DNA from: the human T2T-CHM13v2.0 reference genome, Homo sapiens
Length of the DNA stretch: 64,000 nucleotides
Assembly (NCBI RefSeq): GCF_009914755.1
Contig: NC_060926.1
Direction: 5' to 3' (one strand)
Position numbers and translations under genes: made by a program. Each line of letters begins with the position of its first letter. The first letter of the stretch is position 1. Of the stretch, positions 28,430 to 44,515 are shown one piece after another. The notes under the pieces were generated by a model. The model saw nothing but the letters and a program-made list of their open reading frames with translations. It was not told the origin of the DNA and searched no databases.

Positions 28430-31343
28430 TCAAGCAAAACTTTTTTTTAAAAAATCACATAGATAGATCATAGCAAACTACTGAAACCAAATATATAAAA
28501 AAAAATTTAAAGGAACCAGAGGGAAAAAGAAGACATCTTACATCCAAGAGAATAATAAAGTGGAAAAAAATGGCTGACTTATCCCTGGAAACAATTAAGG
28601 TAAAAAGACAATGTAATGACACCTTTAAAGTGCTAAAAAAACAGTAAGAACAACTCTCCACCAGAAGTATATATGCAGTGAAAATGTTCTTTAAAAATTA
28701 GGGTGAAATAAAACATTTTCAGGTAGATGAAAGTTGAGAGAATTCCAGCATGTGGGCACTACAAGAAATGCTAAAGGTAGCTTTTCAATTTGAATAAAAT
28801 AATATCAATTAGAAATTTGGATCTTTAGGAAGAAAGGAAGAGAATCTAAAATGGTAAATATAGGATTAATGTAAAATATGTATTTTTTCTCTGTTTGGCT
28901 GAATAACAATTCACTTTTTAAAAGAAAAATAATAAAATTGTATTTTTTATTACTTAGATACATTATCTATACACACACGTATGACAACAATATATGGCAA
29001 TAAAAGATAGCAATTAAATAAAATTTTAATATTGTAACATTCATACATTTTATGTGAACTGGTAGAAAATCAACTCTAAGTGCATTATGATGAACTAAAA
29101 ATGCATGTTTTAATGCCCAGAAAAGTGGTTCTCAAAGCATGGCTCACAGACCAAGTGTCAGCATCACCTGAGAACTTGTTCAAAATGAAAACTATTGGCC
29201 TCTACTTGGACTTACCAAATTAGGAGCTCTGGTTAAAGGTCCCATCAATTTTTGTTTTAATAAGCTTCCCAGATGGTTAGGGAAACACTAGACCTTAGAG
29301 TCACAAAAAAGCAAACAGAAAAATGTATAAAAGACATCTTTCTAAGGCAATAGAGAGTAATAAAGATGTCTATAGGAGTAAATACTTCTCAGCTCATTTT
29401 ATGATGCCAACATATCCCTGACACAAAAACCTGTCAAAGAATATTAATTACAAGTACAGAGAATTGTAGACTAATATCTCTAATGAACATAGTTACAAAC
29501 CTTCTTAATAAAATGTGAGCAAATTAAATTCTGTGGAACCTAAAATGAATAATACATCATGGCCAAGTAAGGTTTAGTGCAGGTATATAAGGCAGGTTTA
29601 ATATTTTTAAGAATCAATCAACATAATTCACCACATTAACAGGAAAATAGAGAATAACTTTATGCTCATCTTAATAGAGGCAGTAAAATATTTGACAGAA
29701 TTGAACACTCATTCATGATAAAAGCTTTCAGTAAACTAAATATATAAGTGAAATTTTTTCAACCTGATAAATGGCATCTACAAAAGAGCCAAAGCTACTA
29801 TCATACTCAGAGGTGAATCGCTGGACCTTTTCTTTAATATAGGAAGCAATGCAAATTCTCACCACTTCTAATCAAATTGAACTAGAAGTCTTAAGGCAAG
29901 AAAAAGAAATAAAGGGCATAGTGACTAGAAAGAAAGAAAAGCAAAACTACATATATTCACATATTCACATAACAATGTATAATATTCTAGGTATATTTCC
30001 ATATACTAGCAACAACTAAAATTAAAAATTTTTAAATAAATATTTTAAATTGCATTTAAAAATGTAATAATAAATCTAATTAAAGATCTGCAAGACTTCC
30101 ACCTATAAGAAAATTAACAAAACCTTTTGAAAATGAAGAAATACACCATGTTCATGGATTGGAAAAATCTCTATTGTTAAGATGTCAATTCTCCCCAAAC
30201 AAATTTAAAGATTCTACACAATATCAATCAAAATCTCAACTGACTTTTCTTTTCTTAATTATTTGAAAAATGTTTTAAAACTTAAAATAGCCAAAATAAT
30301 TTTGGAAAGTTGGAATAGGTGTATTGTTTTCCAAACTCACTATGAAGGTATAATAATCAACGATATGGAATTGGTATCAGGATAGACAAATAGGTCACTA
30401 GAGCAGAGCAGAATTTAGAAATAGACACATATAAAGTCAACTGATTTTCAACAAAGGAACCAAGGCAATTCAATAGGGAAAGAAAATCTTTTCAACAAAT
30501 GGTGTCGGCTATATATAGGGAAGAAAAATAAACTGTGACCCTTACCTCTCACCCTCCACAAAATTAAGTTAAAACGGCCTCTAGACCTAAACAAAAGGGC
30601 TTAAATTACATAGTTTTCTAGAAGAAAATAGAAGAGAAACACTGAATCCAGGTGTTGGCAAAAATTTAGACAAGACTCAAAAGCACTGATCATAAAAGAA
30701 AATAATTGGCAGTATGGTAGCCATCAAAATTCACATTTTTCTCCTCAAAAAACACAATTAAGTAAGTGAAAAGGCAAGTCTGGGAAAATACAATCATATT
30801 AATTGTATCTGAAAAATTATCGCCCATAATTTACAAACAACAACAACAACAAAATTTCTATAAATCCACAAGTCAAAGATAACCAAATTTTAAAATAGGT
30901 GAAAAACATGAACAGATAATTCACAAAAGCAGATCTATAAATAGCCAATACACATGTGGAAAAGTGCTCAAAATCATTAGTCATTAGGGAAAGGCATAAG
31001 GAAATTTCCAGTATGATGGAAATGTTCTATATCTTGATTGGAGTATTATTTACCTTGGTGTATATTTTCACAAAACTCACTGAAATTTATAGTTAAGATT
31101 TATATCTGGGCCCGGGAGCCAAGATGGCCGAATAGGAACAGCTCCGGTCTACAGGTCCCAGCGTGAGCGACGCAGAAGACAGGTGATTTCTGCATTTCCA
31201 TCTGAGGTACCAGGTTCATCTCACTAGCGAGTGCCAGAAAGTGGGCCCAGGTCAGTGGGTGCGCACACCGTGTGCGAGCCGAAGCAGGGTGAGGCATTGC
31301 CTCACTCAGGAAGCGCAAGGGGTCAGGGAGTTCCCTTTCCTAG

Positions 31344-31559
31344 TCAAAAAAGGGGTGACAGACGGCACCTGGAAAATCGGGTCACTCCCACCTGAATATT
31401 GCGCTTTTCCGATGGGCTTAAAAAATGGCGCACCAGGAGATTATATCCCGCACCTGGCTCAGAGGGTCCTATGCCCACGGAGTCTCGCTGATTGCTAGCA
31501 CAGCAGTCTGAGATCAAACTGCAAGGCGGCAGCAAGGCTGGGGGAGGGGCGCCCGCCAT
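31344..31559 (-). CDS. ORF0: L1 antisense ORF0, intact 71 aa
   Basis: MAGAPPPALLPPCSLISDCCASNQRDSVGIGPSEPG...RFSRCRLSPLF*; matches primate L1 ORF0; expression unknown. Confidence 0.7.
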   Translation of the reverse strand: MAGAPPPALLPPCSLISDCCASNQRDSVGIGPSEPGAGYNLLVRHFLSPSEKRNIQVGVTRFSRCRLSPLF

Positions 31560-32011
31560 TGCCCAGGCTTGCTTAGGTAAACAAAGCAGCTGGGAAGCTC
31601 GAACTGGGTGGAGCCCACCACAGCTCAAGGAGGCTTGCCTGCCTCTGTAGGCTCCACCTCTGGGGGCAGGGCACAGACAAACAAAAAGACAGCAGTAACC
31701 TCTGCAGACTTAAATGTCCCTGTCTGACAGCTTTGGAGAGAGCAGTGGTTCTCCCAGCATGCAGCTGGAGATCTGAGAACTGGCAGACTGCCTCAAGTGG
31801 GTCCCTGATCCCTGACCCCCAAGCAGCCTAACTGGGAGGCACCCCCCAGCAGGGGCAGACTTACAGCTCACATGGCCGGGTACTCCAACAGACCTGCAGC
31901 TGAGGGTCCTGTCTGTTAGAAGGAAAACTAACAAACAGAAAGGACATCCACACCAAAAACCCATCTGTACATCACCGCCATCAAAGACCAAAAGTAGATA
32001 AAACCACAAAG

Positions 32012-33024
32012 ATGGGGAAAAAACAGAACAGAAAAACGAAACTCTAAAAAGCAGAGCGCCTCTCCTCCTCCAAAGGAATGCAGTTCCTCACCAGCAATGG
32101 AACAAAGCTGGACGGAGAATGACTTTGACGAGCTAAGAGAAGAAGGCTTTACACGATCAAATTACTCCGAGCTACGGGAGGACATGCAAACCAAAGGCAA
32201 AGAAGTTGAAAACTGTGAAAAAAATTTAGAAGAATGTATAACTAGAATAACCAATACAGAAAAGTGCTTAAAGGAGCTGATGGAGCTGAAAACCAAGGCT
32301 CGAGAACTACGTGAAGAATGCAGAAGCCTCAGGAGCCGATGCAATCAACTGGAAGAAAGGGTATCAGTGATGGAAGATGAAATGAATGAAATGAAGTGAG
32401 AAGGGAAGGTTAGAGAAAAAAGAATAAAAAGAAATGAGCAAAGCCTCCAAGAAATATGGGACTACGTGAAAAGACCAAATCTATGTCTGATTGGTGTACC
32501 TGAAAGTGATGGGGAGAATGGAACCAAGTTGGAAAACACTCTGCAGGATATTATCCAGGAGAACTTCCCCAATCTAGCAAGGCAGGCCAACATTCAGATT
32601 CAGGAAATACAGAGAACGCCACAAAGATAATCCTCGAGAAGAGCAACTCCAAGACACATAATTGTCAGATTCACCAAAGATGAAATGAAGGAAAAAATGT
32701 TAAGGGCAGCCAGAGAGAAAGGTCGGGTTACCCTCAAAGGGAAGCCCATCAGACTAACGCAGATCTCTCGGCAGAAACTCTACAAGCCAGAAGAGAGTGG
32801 GGCCAATATTCAACATTCTTAAAGAAAAGAATTTTCAACCCAGAATTTCATATCCAGCCAAACTAAGCTTCATAAGTGAAGGAGAAATAAAATACTTTAC
32901 AGACAAGCAAATGCTGAGAGATTTTGTCACAACCAGGCCTGCCCTAAAAGAGCTCCTGTAGGAAGCACTAAACATGTAAAGGAACAACAAGTACCAGCCA
33001 CTGCAAAATCATGCCAAAATGTAA
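32012..33024 (+). pseudogene. ORF1: L1 ORF1p, disrupted
   Basis: ATGGGGAAAAAACAG start; early frameshift, TGA at 32397-32399 and further lesions; coiled-coil peptide in the ORF track. Confidence 0.9.
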
Positions 33025-33087
33025 AGACCATTGAGACTAGGAAGAAACTGCCTCAACTAATGAGCAAAATAACCAGCTAACATCATA

Positions 33088-36921
<3,834 letters not shown>

Positions 36922-37349
36922 ACAATGAGATCACATGGACACAGGAAGGGGAACATCAGACTCTGGGGACTGTTGTGGGGTGGGGGGAGGGGGGAGGGAT
37001 AGCATTGGGAGATATACCTAATGTTAGATGACGAGTTAGTGGGTGCAGCGCACCAGCATGGCACATGTATACATATGTAACTAACCTGCACAATGTGCAC
37101 ATGTACCCTAAAACTTAAAGTATAATAAAAAGAAAAGATTTATATCTGTGTGTACATTTTACCTCAATTTAAAGGAGTATACACAGCTTGTATTTTTTTC
37201 TAGCTGATTTGTTGCTATTATACTATTTGTACTTGAGAGTAGATTTCATTCTAAATTGCTCGTTTTTGTTTTGTCATTCATTCTTTCATCCCTTTTAAGT
37301 TTTAGAGAAAACCAACCTGTCATCAATTTGAATATGAATAGAGAAGCAA

Positions 37350-37760
37350 GGGAGGGTGAAATGCGGTGGCCAGTTCAGTTTAGTTTATTATAGCACGAAT
37401 ACAGTGGAGAAATGACCAGGATATCAACCAAGGAGTTGACATTGGTAATGGAGAAGAGGAAAAGTGCTAGAAAATTTGATGGTATATACAATAGGACTGA
37501 TTAGCCATGGTGGGCAGAGTAGGTCAGTACAGTAGAAGGAGAAAAGTAGAAGTAATTCTAGGTTCCTGTCTTGAGTGACTAAAGATGAATGTCAGTGCCC
37601 ATCAAATAAGAAAAACAATACAACAGGCAATAAGTTAGAACAGGAAAGGCGAACGGGTGATGGGCTGATAAAAGACGATGAGTTCAGTTGTGTACAGATT
37701 GAGTTTAAGTGCCTAAGGGAAACCCAAAAGGAGAGGTCAAATAGGCAGCTGGTCATATTA
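37350..37760 (-). mobile_element. L2 fragment
   Basis: 'gatgagttcagttgtgtacagattgagtttaagtgcct..ggaaaccca..ggagaggtcaaataggcagctgg'. Confidence 0.65.
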
Positions 37761-37781
37761 TCCAGATCCACTAAATCCTTA

Positions 37782-37827
37782 TTAGGTTGTTACAAAAGTA
37801 ATTGCAGTTTTTGCCATTAAAAGTAAT
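37782..37827. mobile_element. Half MADE1
   Basis: TA followed by ttaggttgttacaaaagtaattgcagtttttgccattaaaagtaat. Confidence 0.8.
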
Positions 37828-38029
37828 ACTTTCTGCTTTGCAGTAGAAACTTGGGTTGGTCCCCACATATCGTTTTTAAGTCTCATGTATAAAAATGAAT
37901 TTAATCCTTCTGACTCCCTTCAACAAAATATTCCAAGGCCAATGACAAATTTTTGACTTGCTTTGCATTTTGAAAATAATTATCTCCAAAGTTTAGATCA
38001 GGCTCTATTATGAGCTATCATGGTAGAAG

Positions 38030-38240
38030 TAAAAAGCATCTGAGTTTTGGAATCAGGCTGACCTTGATTCCAATCCTTGCTCTGCCATTTAGAAGCCAGT
38101 TGATCTTGGATAAGTTTATTTATGCATCCTGGCCTCAATCTCTTCTTCAGCAAAAGGGGATTAGGAATCCTATCTTGCAGTAGTGTTATGAAATACTGTG
38201 TGGGAAAGAACCTAGCATACAATAAATGCTTAATACATAT
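38030..38240 (+). mobile_element. MIR
   Basis: 'ttttggaatcaggctgacc..aatccttgctctgccattt..tgatcttggataagtt'. Confidence 0.7.
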
Positions 38241-39251
38241 CCATGTATTTGTAGCCTTCCTTTCAGAGGATGAAGGGTTGATTTACAAGCAAAACAGTAT
38301 TAGGCAAAATTGTAAAGTATGAAAAAATGCTAGACCATTTTCTTCCCCATGCCTCTTCAAAGTCCAAGACTTTCTTTCCTCTTTTCATCATCAAAAATCA
38401 GCTCTCAGGAGAGGATGTGACATCAGTCCTTTGCCTCTCATTGTTAAGTTTACATCATCCCCTCCTTCATGTGCCTGGGGGGACTTCACATTCCAGGCCT
38501 TCTATGCAACAATAGAAAGAATGGCTTTGTTTCTGGTTAAAGGCTCAGTGTGCTGGTTAGAAGGAGGCTGTGCCTGGCAGGGTCCCTTCCTGGAACTCCT
38601 GAAATCCTCCCTATGAAAGTAGCTAATTCTCTTCTGTGCCTCCAAGTTAGTAGCTTAAAGCAAAAGAAAACACTATTTCACCATATCTAGTATATACTTG
38701 TCCCCAATTAGCCATCTGAAGCTTCTCTCTCTACCCTCCCCATCATCTACCCACCTCCCTGGCTGTGTGGTTTTATTTTGGATTTCAATTATTTTGTTAT
38801 TAGTAGTAGTAATTCTCCATAAGAGACAAATAGGGGGAAGGGGAGTATTTGTCTATTATTTATTGCTGTTTAGGCTAAATGTCTGCAGGTTAATTAAATA
38901 GAAAAGTGTCCCCCCCGGGAATGTAGTAGGTCCCTAGTGGTCCAATAAGGTAATAAAACCATGGTGAAACTGAAAGCATTATTGCATGCTGCTTTATTCT
39001 CATCAGCAAAGACTTCCAAATACAAATGTAGTCAATTATTGGGTGATTCAGAACAGGAATTTTTGGAATTTAATTATGAAAGTGGTCTGTGTGGGCACTG
39101 CAGTCACTGATGGGCAAATGACTGGGAGCTGTCCAAGGGCCAGTGACCTGATGTCTTGACTAAGCACATTCACCCAGAAAGGGATGGTTGAACAAAGAAT
39201 TCTGCTCTGGCTTTATCAAAGAAATTGTCTACCACTACAACAACCTCTCTT

Positions 39252-39253
<2 letters not shown>

Positions 39254-39301
<48 letters not shown>
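39254..39301. repeat. (GT)24 microsatellite
   Basis: Perfect dinucleotide run. Confidence 0.98.
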
Positions 39302-39303
<2 letters not shown>

Positions 39304-40876
39304 CACCTCATTTTCTTTGTTCCTTCAGCCTCCCTCCATTAATTTGCTAAGTCCTCCTAAGGATCTTAAATTCCTCCAAACAATAGGACAGATATCTTCA
39401 GCATCTGAGCAACAATGAAATCAATAAAGACTTTGGAGGGGAGCAAGAAGAATGGTGTGTAGTAATGGCAATTATTCACTGAAAGCAATCTAACCCATTC
39501 TTAATTTAATTTGGAGTGCCATTATTTCAGGATTCCAAATGCTAAGGTCATTTTAATCATGCAGATCTCATGTCTTATCGAGTTGTGGCAGAGAATTACT
39601 CTTTTTTGTGACCCTGAGTTAGCAAGGACATACTGGGCAAACAGCCAAGGTGCAATACGCTCAATAATAATAATAATCTATACCTAAAGTTAGAGTGATG
39701 GTTATTAGCCATTGGCTATTCTGATAGGAGGAGTGTCACCTTTTCAGACCCTCTAGCTGGGTGACTTAGCACTTTCTTTAGTGAATGAAAAGCATCATCA
39801 CATCAACTATCTTTCTTTCATGGGAGGAAAGAAGGCATAACACACATACTATAGAGAAAAGGTATAAAGTAACAAAATTTTTTATATGTAAAAGAGAAGT
39901 AGGTATAGGGGGAGGGGTTTGGGGGAGAAAAGGAAAATAATCTGACCTTGGAAAGAAGGGGAAAAAAACCTCTTTCCTGGGGGGTTTTCTTAGAGTGTAG
40001 GAAGAACCAGAGATTTATTTTGAACCCATTTCCTCGTCACAAAAAGAAAAAGAACTTGGAGATCTACTTCCTGTAAAAGAGCAAACAGATATTAAGTCCC
40101 AGGTCATTTTAGTCTGTAAGCAAGGTTTGTGTTCTCTTTTCTAATAGCTGTTGTTTGTTGAATTCAAATTGTATACAGGAAAGTTCGCAAGTCCTTTGCA
40201 TATATTAACATTATTTAATTTTCACTGCAAAACCTGCAATATATATTTTCTTCATTTTATAGATGGGAAAAGTGAACCTTTAAGAGGAAATGTGTAATTT
40301 GTCCACAACTAGCAAGAGACAGAGCTGGAATTTTTCATTTAGAATTCCAAGCCTCCCACTTTTTATTCTGCGTCACCAGGATTTTTTCAACTTGCAGAGG
40401 TATTTTGTTGTTGCTGCTGTTTGTCTTAATGAAGAATTCAAATATGGCCTTCCAAAATATTTTTTTCTTGAGTTAAATAGGTTTCAAAGCTCTCAAAAAA
40501 GTACTGAAATATCTAATCATGTATTATCTCCTTTTCAGAGTGCTCTAAATAAGTTTGATTTTAAAGGCACAATTAGTTAAAATAGGCCTAAAAAGTTGGC
40601 GTGCACTTGATTTGGAAGCTAAGATTGGCACCCATGGTCTTAGCAATTAGCTATCATGAGAAAGTAGATGCTGAACCAGAGGACACTTGATGTGTCCTAT
40701 CTTGGGCCAGCTTGTGCTAGAAGATTCTATGAATGGGTTGAAACCAGTTTGCTCTGTGATGTTGAAAGCCACTTACCTTCCCTGTGCCTCACTAGATAGT
40801 GATATTAGTAGAAATTTTGATCACTATCTCATTCTGCAAAAAGCTGCCAGGACTAATAAAATAATACTAGCAAAAT

Positions 40877-40937
40877 ACTATTTGGTATAAAGATATAAGT
40901 GAATTATTTTTCACTATTTGGTATAAAGATATAAGTG
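40877..40937 (+). repeat. 25-bp direct duplication with 11-bp spacer
   Basis: actatttggtataaagatataagtg at 40877-40901 and 40913-40937. Confidence 0.95.
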
Positions 40938-41549
40938 TTTTTTTTTTCTTAAACACAACTCCAAAACATTAATCCCTCTAATTCACCTTCTAGGGAATAA
41001 AGTCACAAGCTAGTCAATAATTCAAACTCCCCAGTAAAATGAGAAAGTATTATTGACCCTGAAGAGCACAAAGGTTAATTTATTTGCAAAAATCACCTCC
41101 TGCCTCCTGCTGTGGGTGGAACGAAAATATGTCAAGACTCATGAGAAAGCAATCACCTCCTTCTCCCTATAGCTCGACATTTCTGTTTGTTTTGTGTGTG
41201 TATTGGTAGGGGACCTAGGTCTCAGGAAGACATGTTGGAGAGATGTTTGAGTATGCTTGCTACATATCTAAAAATTTGTATGTTCTAACTTTGTCCATGA
41301 AGCCATAGGGATCAAGAGGAATATTGGCAAATGTAGATGACAGCCAAGCACATTTTGCCGGCCAGGCAGATTTTTTGCAAGCCCCTTTATTTATTTATTT
41401 TTTAATGATTTGCAAGCCGGTAAATTGAATTACTCAGTTTTGATTATAAAATAGGTTAGTAGGGAAGCCCAGAAGGTCCACTTGTTCACCATTACAACTA
41501 CTATCTTTTCTCTCTACCTGATACTGTTCTTCAGAGAAATCACTTCTAC

Positions 41550-41850
41550 TTTTTTTTTTTTTTTTTTTTAGACAGAGTCTCACTCTGTCAGCCAGGCTGG
41601 AGTGCAGTGGCATGATCTTGGCTCACTGCAACCTCTGCCTCCTGGGCTCAAGTGATTCTCCTGCCTCAGCCTCCTGAGTAGCTGGGATTACAAGCATGTG
41701 CCACCATGCCCGGCTAATTTTTGTATTTTTAGTAGAGACGGGGTTTCACCATGTTGGCCAGGCTGGTCTCAAACTCCTGACCTCAGGTAATCTGCCCACC
41801 TCAGCCTCCCAAAGTGCTGGGATTATAGGCGTGAGCCACCACGCCCGACC
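41550..41850 (-). mobile_element. AluS (Sx-like)
   Basis: Full dimer; TSD atcact(t/c)cta. Confidence 0.9.
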
Positions 41851-42019
41851 ATCACTCCTATTTTTAATCTAATCTACAAAAACTATGCATTTCTTCAAAT
41901 TAGTCCCAATAATTTGAATAAGAGAACACTAATTTTAAGTCATGACTTGTTGACATTTGACTTTTAAACTTAGTCATGAGCTCATTAAGAGGCTTTTTGA
42001 TTTAAAATACCCTTACTTT

Positions 42020-42330
42020 GGCCAGGTGCAGTGGCTCACACCTGTAATCCCAGCACTTTGGGAGGCCAAGGCTAGTGGATCACTTGAGGTCAGGAGTTTG
42101 AGACCAGCCTGGCCAATATGATGAAAGCTCATCTCTACTAAAAATACAAAAATTAGCTGGGTGTCATGGCAGGCACCTGTAATCCCAACTACTCAGGAGG
42201 TTGAGGCAAAAGAATTCCTTGAACCTGGGAGGCAGAGGTTGCAGTGAGCTGAGATTGCACAACTGCCCTCCAGCCTAGGCAACAGAATGAGACTCTGTCA
42301 CAAAAATAAATAAAAATAAAATAAGTAAAA
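42020..42330 (+). mobile_element. AluS (Sz/Sx-like)
   Basis: Full dimer with (aaaat)n tail; degenerate TSD taaaatac...cttt. Confidence 0.9.
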
Positions 42331-42536
42331 TAAAATACTCCCGCTTTAAAATGCATTTGGGAATGATGTATAGTGGATAATTGTTCTTTTATTATTATTA
42401 TACAGAATCCATCCTCCCTTCTTTCCGCAACAGAAACCCAATTCCCTTTAGGGGACATGTATCTTCCACAAGGTGTGTAGTCTGAGTAGGATTATAAATG
42501 AAGGCTCCTCCCCATCCCCTTGATAAGTGGTGGAAG

Positions 42537-43264
42537 TGTAACACCCAACAGGCTCTCCTTGCCCCCTGTCTAGGCAGGGCCAATTTATCAAGACAGGGGA
42601 ATTTCAGTAGAGAATTGCAACTCATACAGAGCCAGGTGTATGGGAGACCAGAGTTTTATTATTGCTCAAATCGATCTCCCCCAAAACTTGGGGATCAGGG
42701 TTTTAAGGACAATTTGGTGCATAAGGGGTTGGAAAATGGGGAGTACTGATTAATTGGGTCAGAGATGAAATTATAGGGAGTGGAAGCTGTCTTTTGCACT
42801 GAGTCATTTCCTGGGTAGGGTTCACAAGACCAGATGAGCTAGTTTATTGTTCTGCATGGTACCAGCTGAACCATGGAGTACAGGATCTGCAAAATATCTC
42901 AAGCACTGATCTTAGATTTTACAATAGTGATGTTATCCCCAGGAGCAATCTAGAGAGGTTCAGAATTTTGCAGCCTCCAGCTGCATGACTCCTAAACCAT
43001 ATTTTCTAATCTTGTAGCTAACTTGTTAGTCCTGTAAAAGCAATCTAGTCTCCAGGCAGGAAGGGGGTTTGTTTTGGGAAAGGGCTGTTATTGTCTTTGT
43101 TTCAAAGTTAAACTATAAACTAATTTCCTCCCATAGTTAGTTCAGTCTATGCCCAGGAATGAACAAGGACAACTTGGAGGTTAGAAGCAAGGTGGAGTCA
43201 GTTATGTCAGATGTCTTTCACTGTCATAATTTTCTCAGTTATAATTTTTGCAAAGGCAGTTTTA
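42537..43264 (-). mobile_element. LTR8-family (LTR8A-like) solo LTR
   Basis: 'atttatcaagacaggggaatt', 'aaactataaactaa', 'ggaggttagaagcaag.tggagtc', terminal 'tttgcaaaggcagtttta'. Confidence 0.85.
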
Positions 43265-43355
43265 TAAACCTCACTATGTCAAAGGAGCCTCCATCCTATA
43301 TATCTTGAGAGTGGCACTTGCCCATCTTAGCACCAGAGCCTGGTGAGATAGTTAG

Positions 43356-43683
<328 letters not shown>

Positions 43684-44217
43684 AAAACTGGGAATTCTAA
43701 AACAATTTGCTTCCTTTATTTTCCTCAGTCAGTCCTATTCCTCAGTTTTCCCTTTAATTCCGTGAGTCCTCCTAAATCATACTTCTCTCCATCCTTTATA
43801 AATTCTCATTTCATGTAAGTTAACCATAATCCATTCCTTTTGCTTGCAAACAAGTATGCTGCTACACTGTCTTTCTGAAAATACTACAATTAGCTGGAAG
43901 CAATGATGTGAAAATCAAAGCCTAACTGGACCAGGGATGTGGATGACTTGTCTTAAACAGCTCAGGCTTTGATCTTATTTCTCCTCTGTATTGTTTTAAA
44001 AGCATCTGTGGGAGGAAAAAGAAATATAATGAAATCTCTCAATTAACTACCAAGTCTCTTGAAGAAGAAGTCAAAACTTAAGCTTCTCTAGTATTTGCCT
44101 TTTTGAATTCTGTACCCTGAATGGAAAGTCTTGGTATCCAAGCCAATTCTGATACAAAAAATAAACAATATAAATCAGTTAACTGAAAAATAAGACTAGG
44201 TCAGATTTCCATCTGAC

Positions 44218-44515
44218 TTTTTTTTTTTTGGAGACTGAGTCTCACTGGCTCTGTCACGCCCAGGCAGGAGTGCAGTGGTGCAATCTTGGCTCACTGCAAC
44301 CTCCGCCTCCTGGGTTCAAGCAATTCTCCTGTAGTCCCTGAGTAGCTAGGACTACAGGCGCCCACCACCACACTCAGCTAATTTTCGTATTTTCAGTAGA
44401 GACGGGGTTTCACCATGTTGGCCAGGCTAGTCTTGAACTCCTGACCTCAGGTGATCCACCCACCTCAGCCTCCCAAAATGCTGGGATCACAGGTGTGAGC
44501 CACTGAGCACAGCCT
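44218..44515 (-). mobile_element. AluS
   Basis: Full dimer; TSD tccatctgac. Confidence 0.88.

Larger units (their letters stand above)
26510..31094 (+). mobile_element. Ancient fragmented L1M element (5' region, ORF1 and ORF2 remnants)
   Basis: A-rich degenerate L1 motifs, e.g. 'gactaatatctctaatgaacatag', 'ccatgttcatggattggaa', 'tcttttcaacaaatggtg'; interrupted by MADE1, MLT2, MER5A (~29120-29290) and the L1PA. Confidence 0.75.

Noticed and set aside
36965-36999. G-quadruplex-like G-run
   Set aside because: It is a standard feature of the L1PA 3' UTR.
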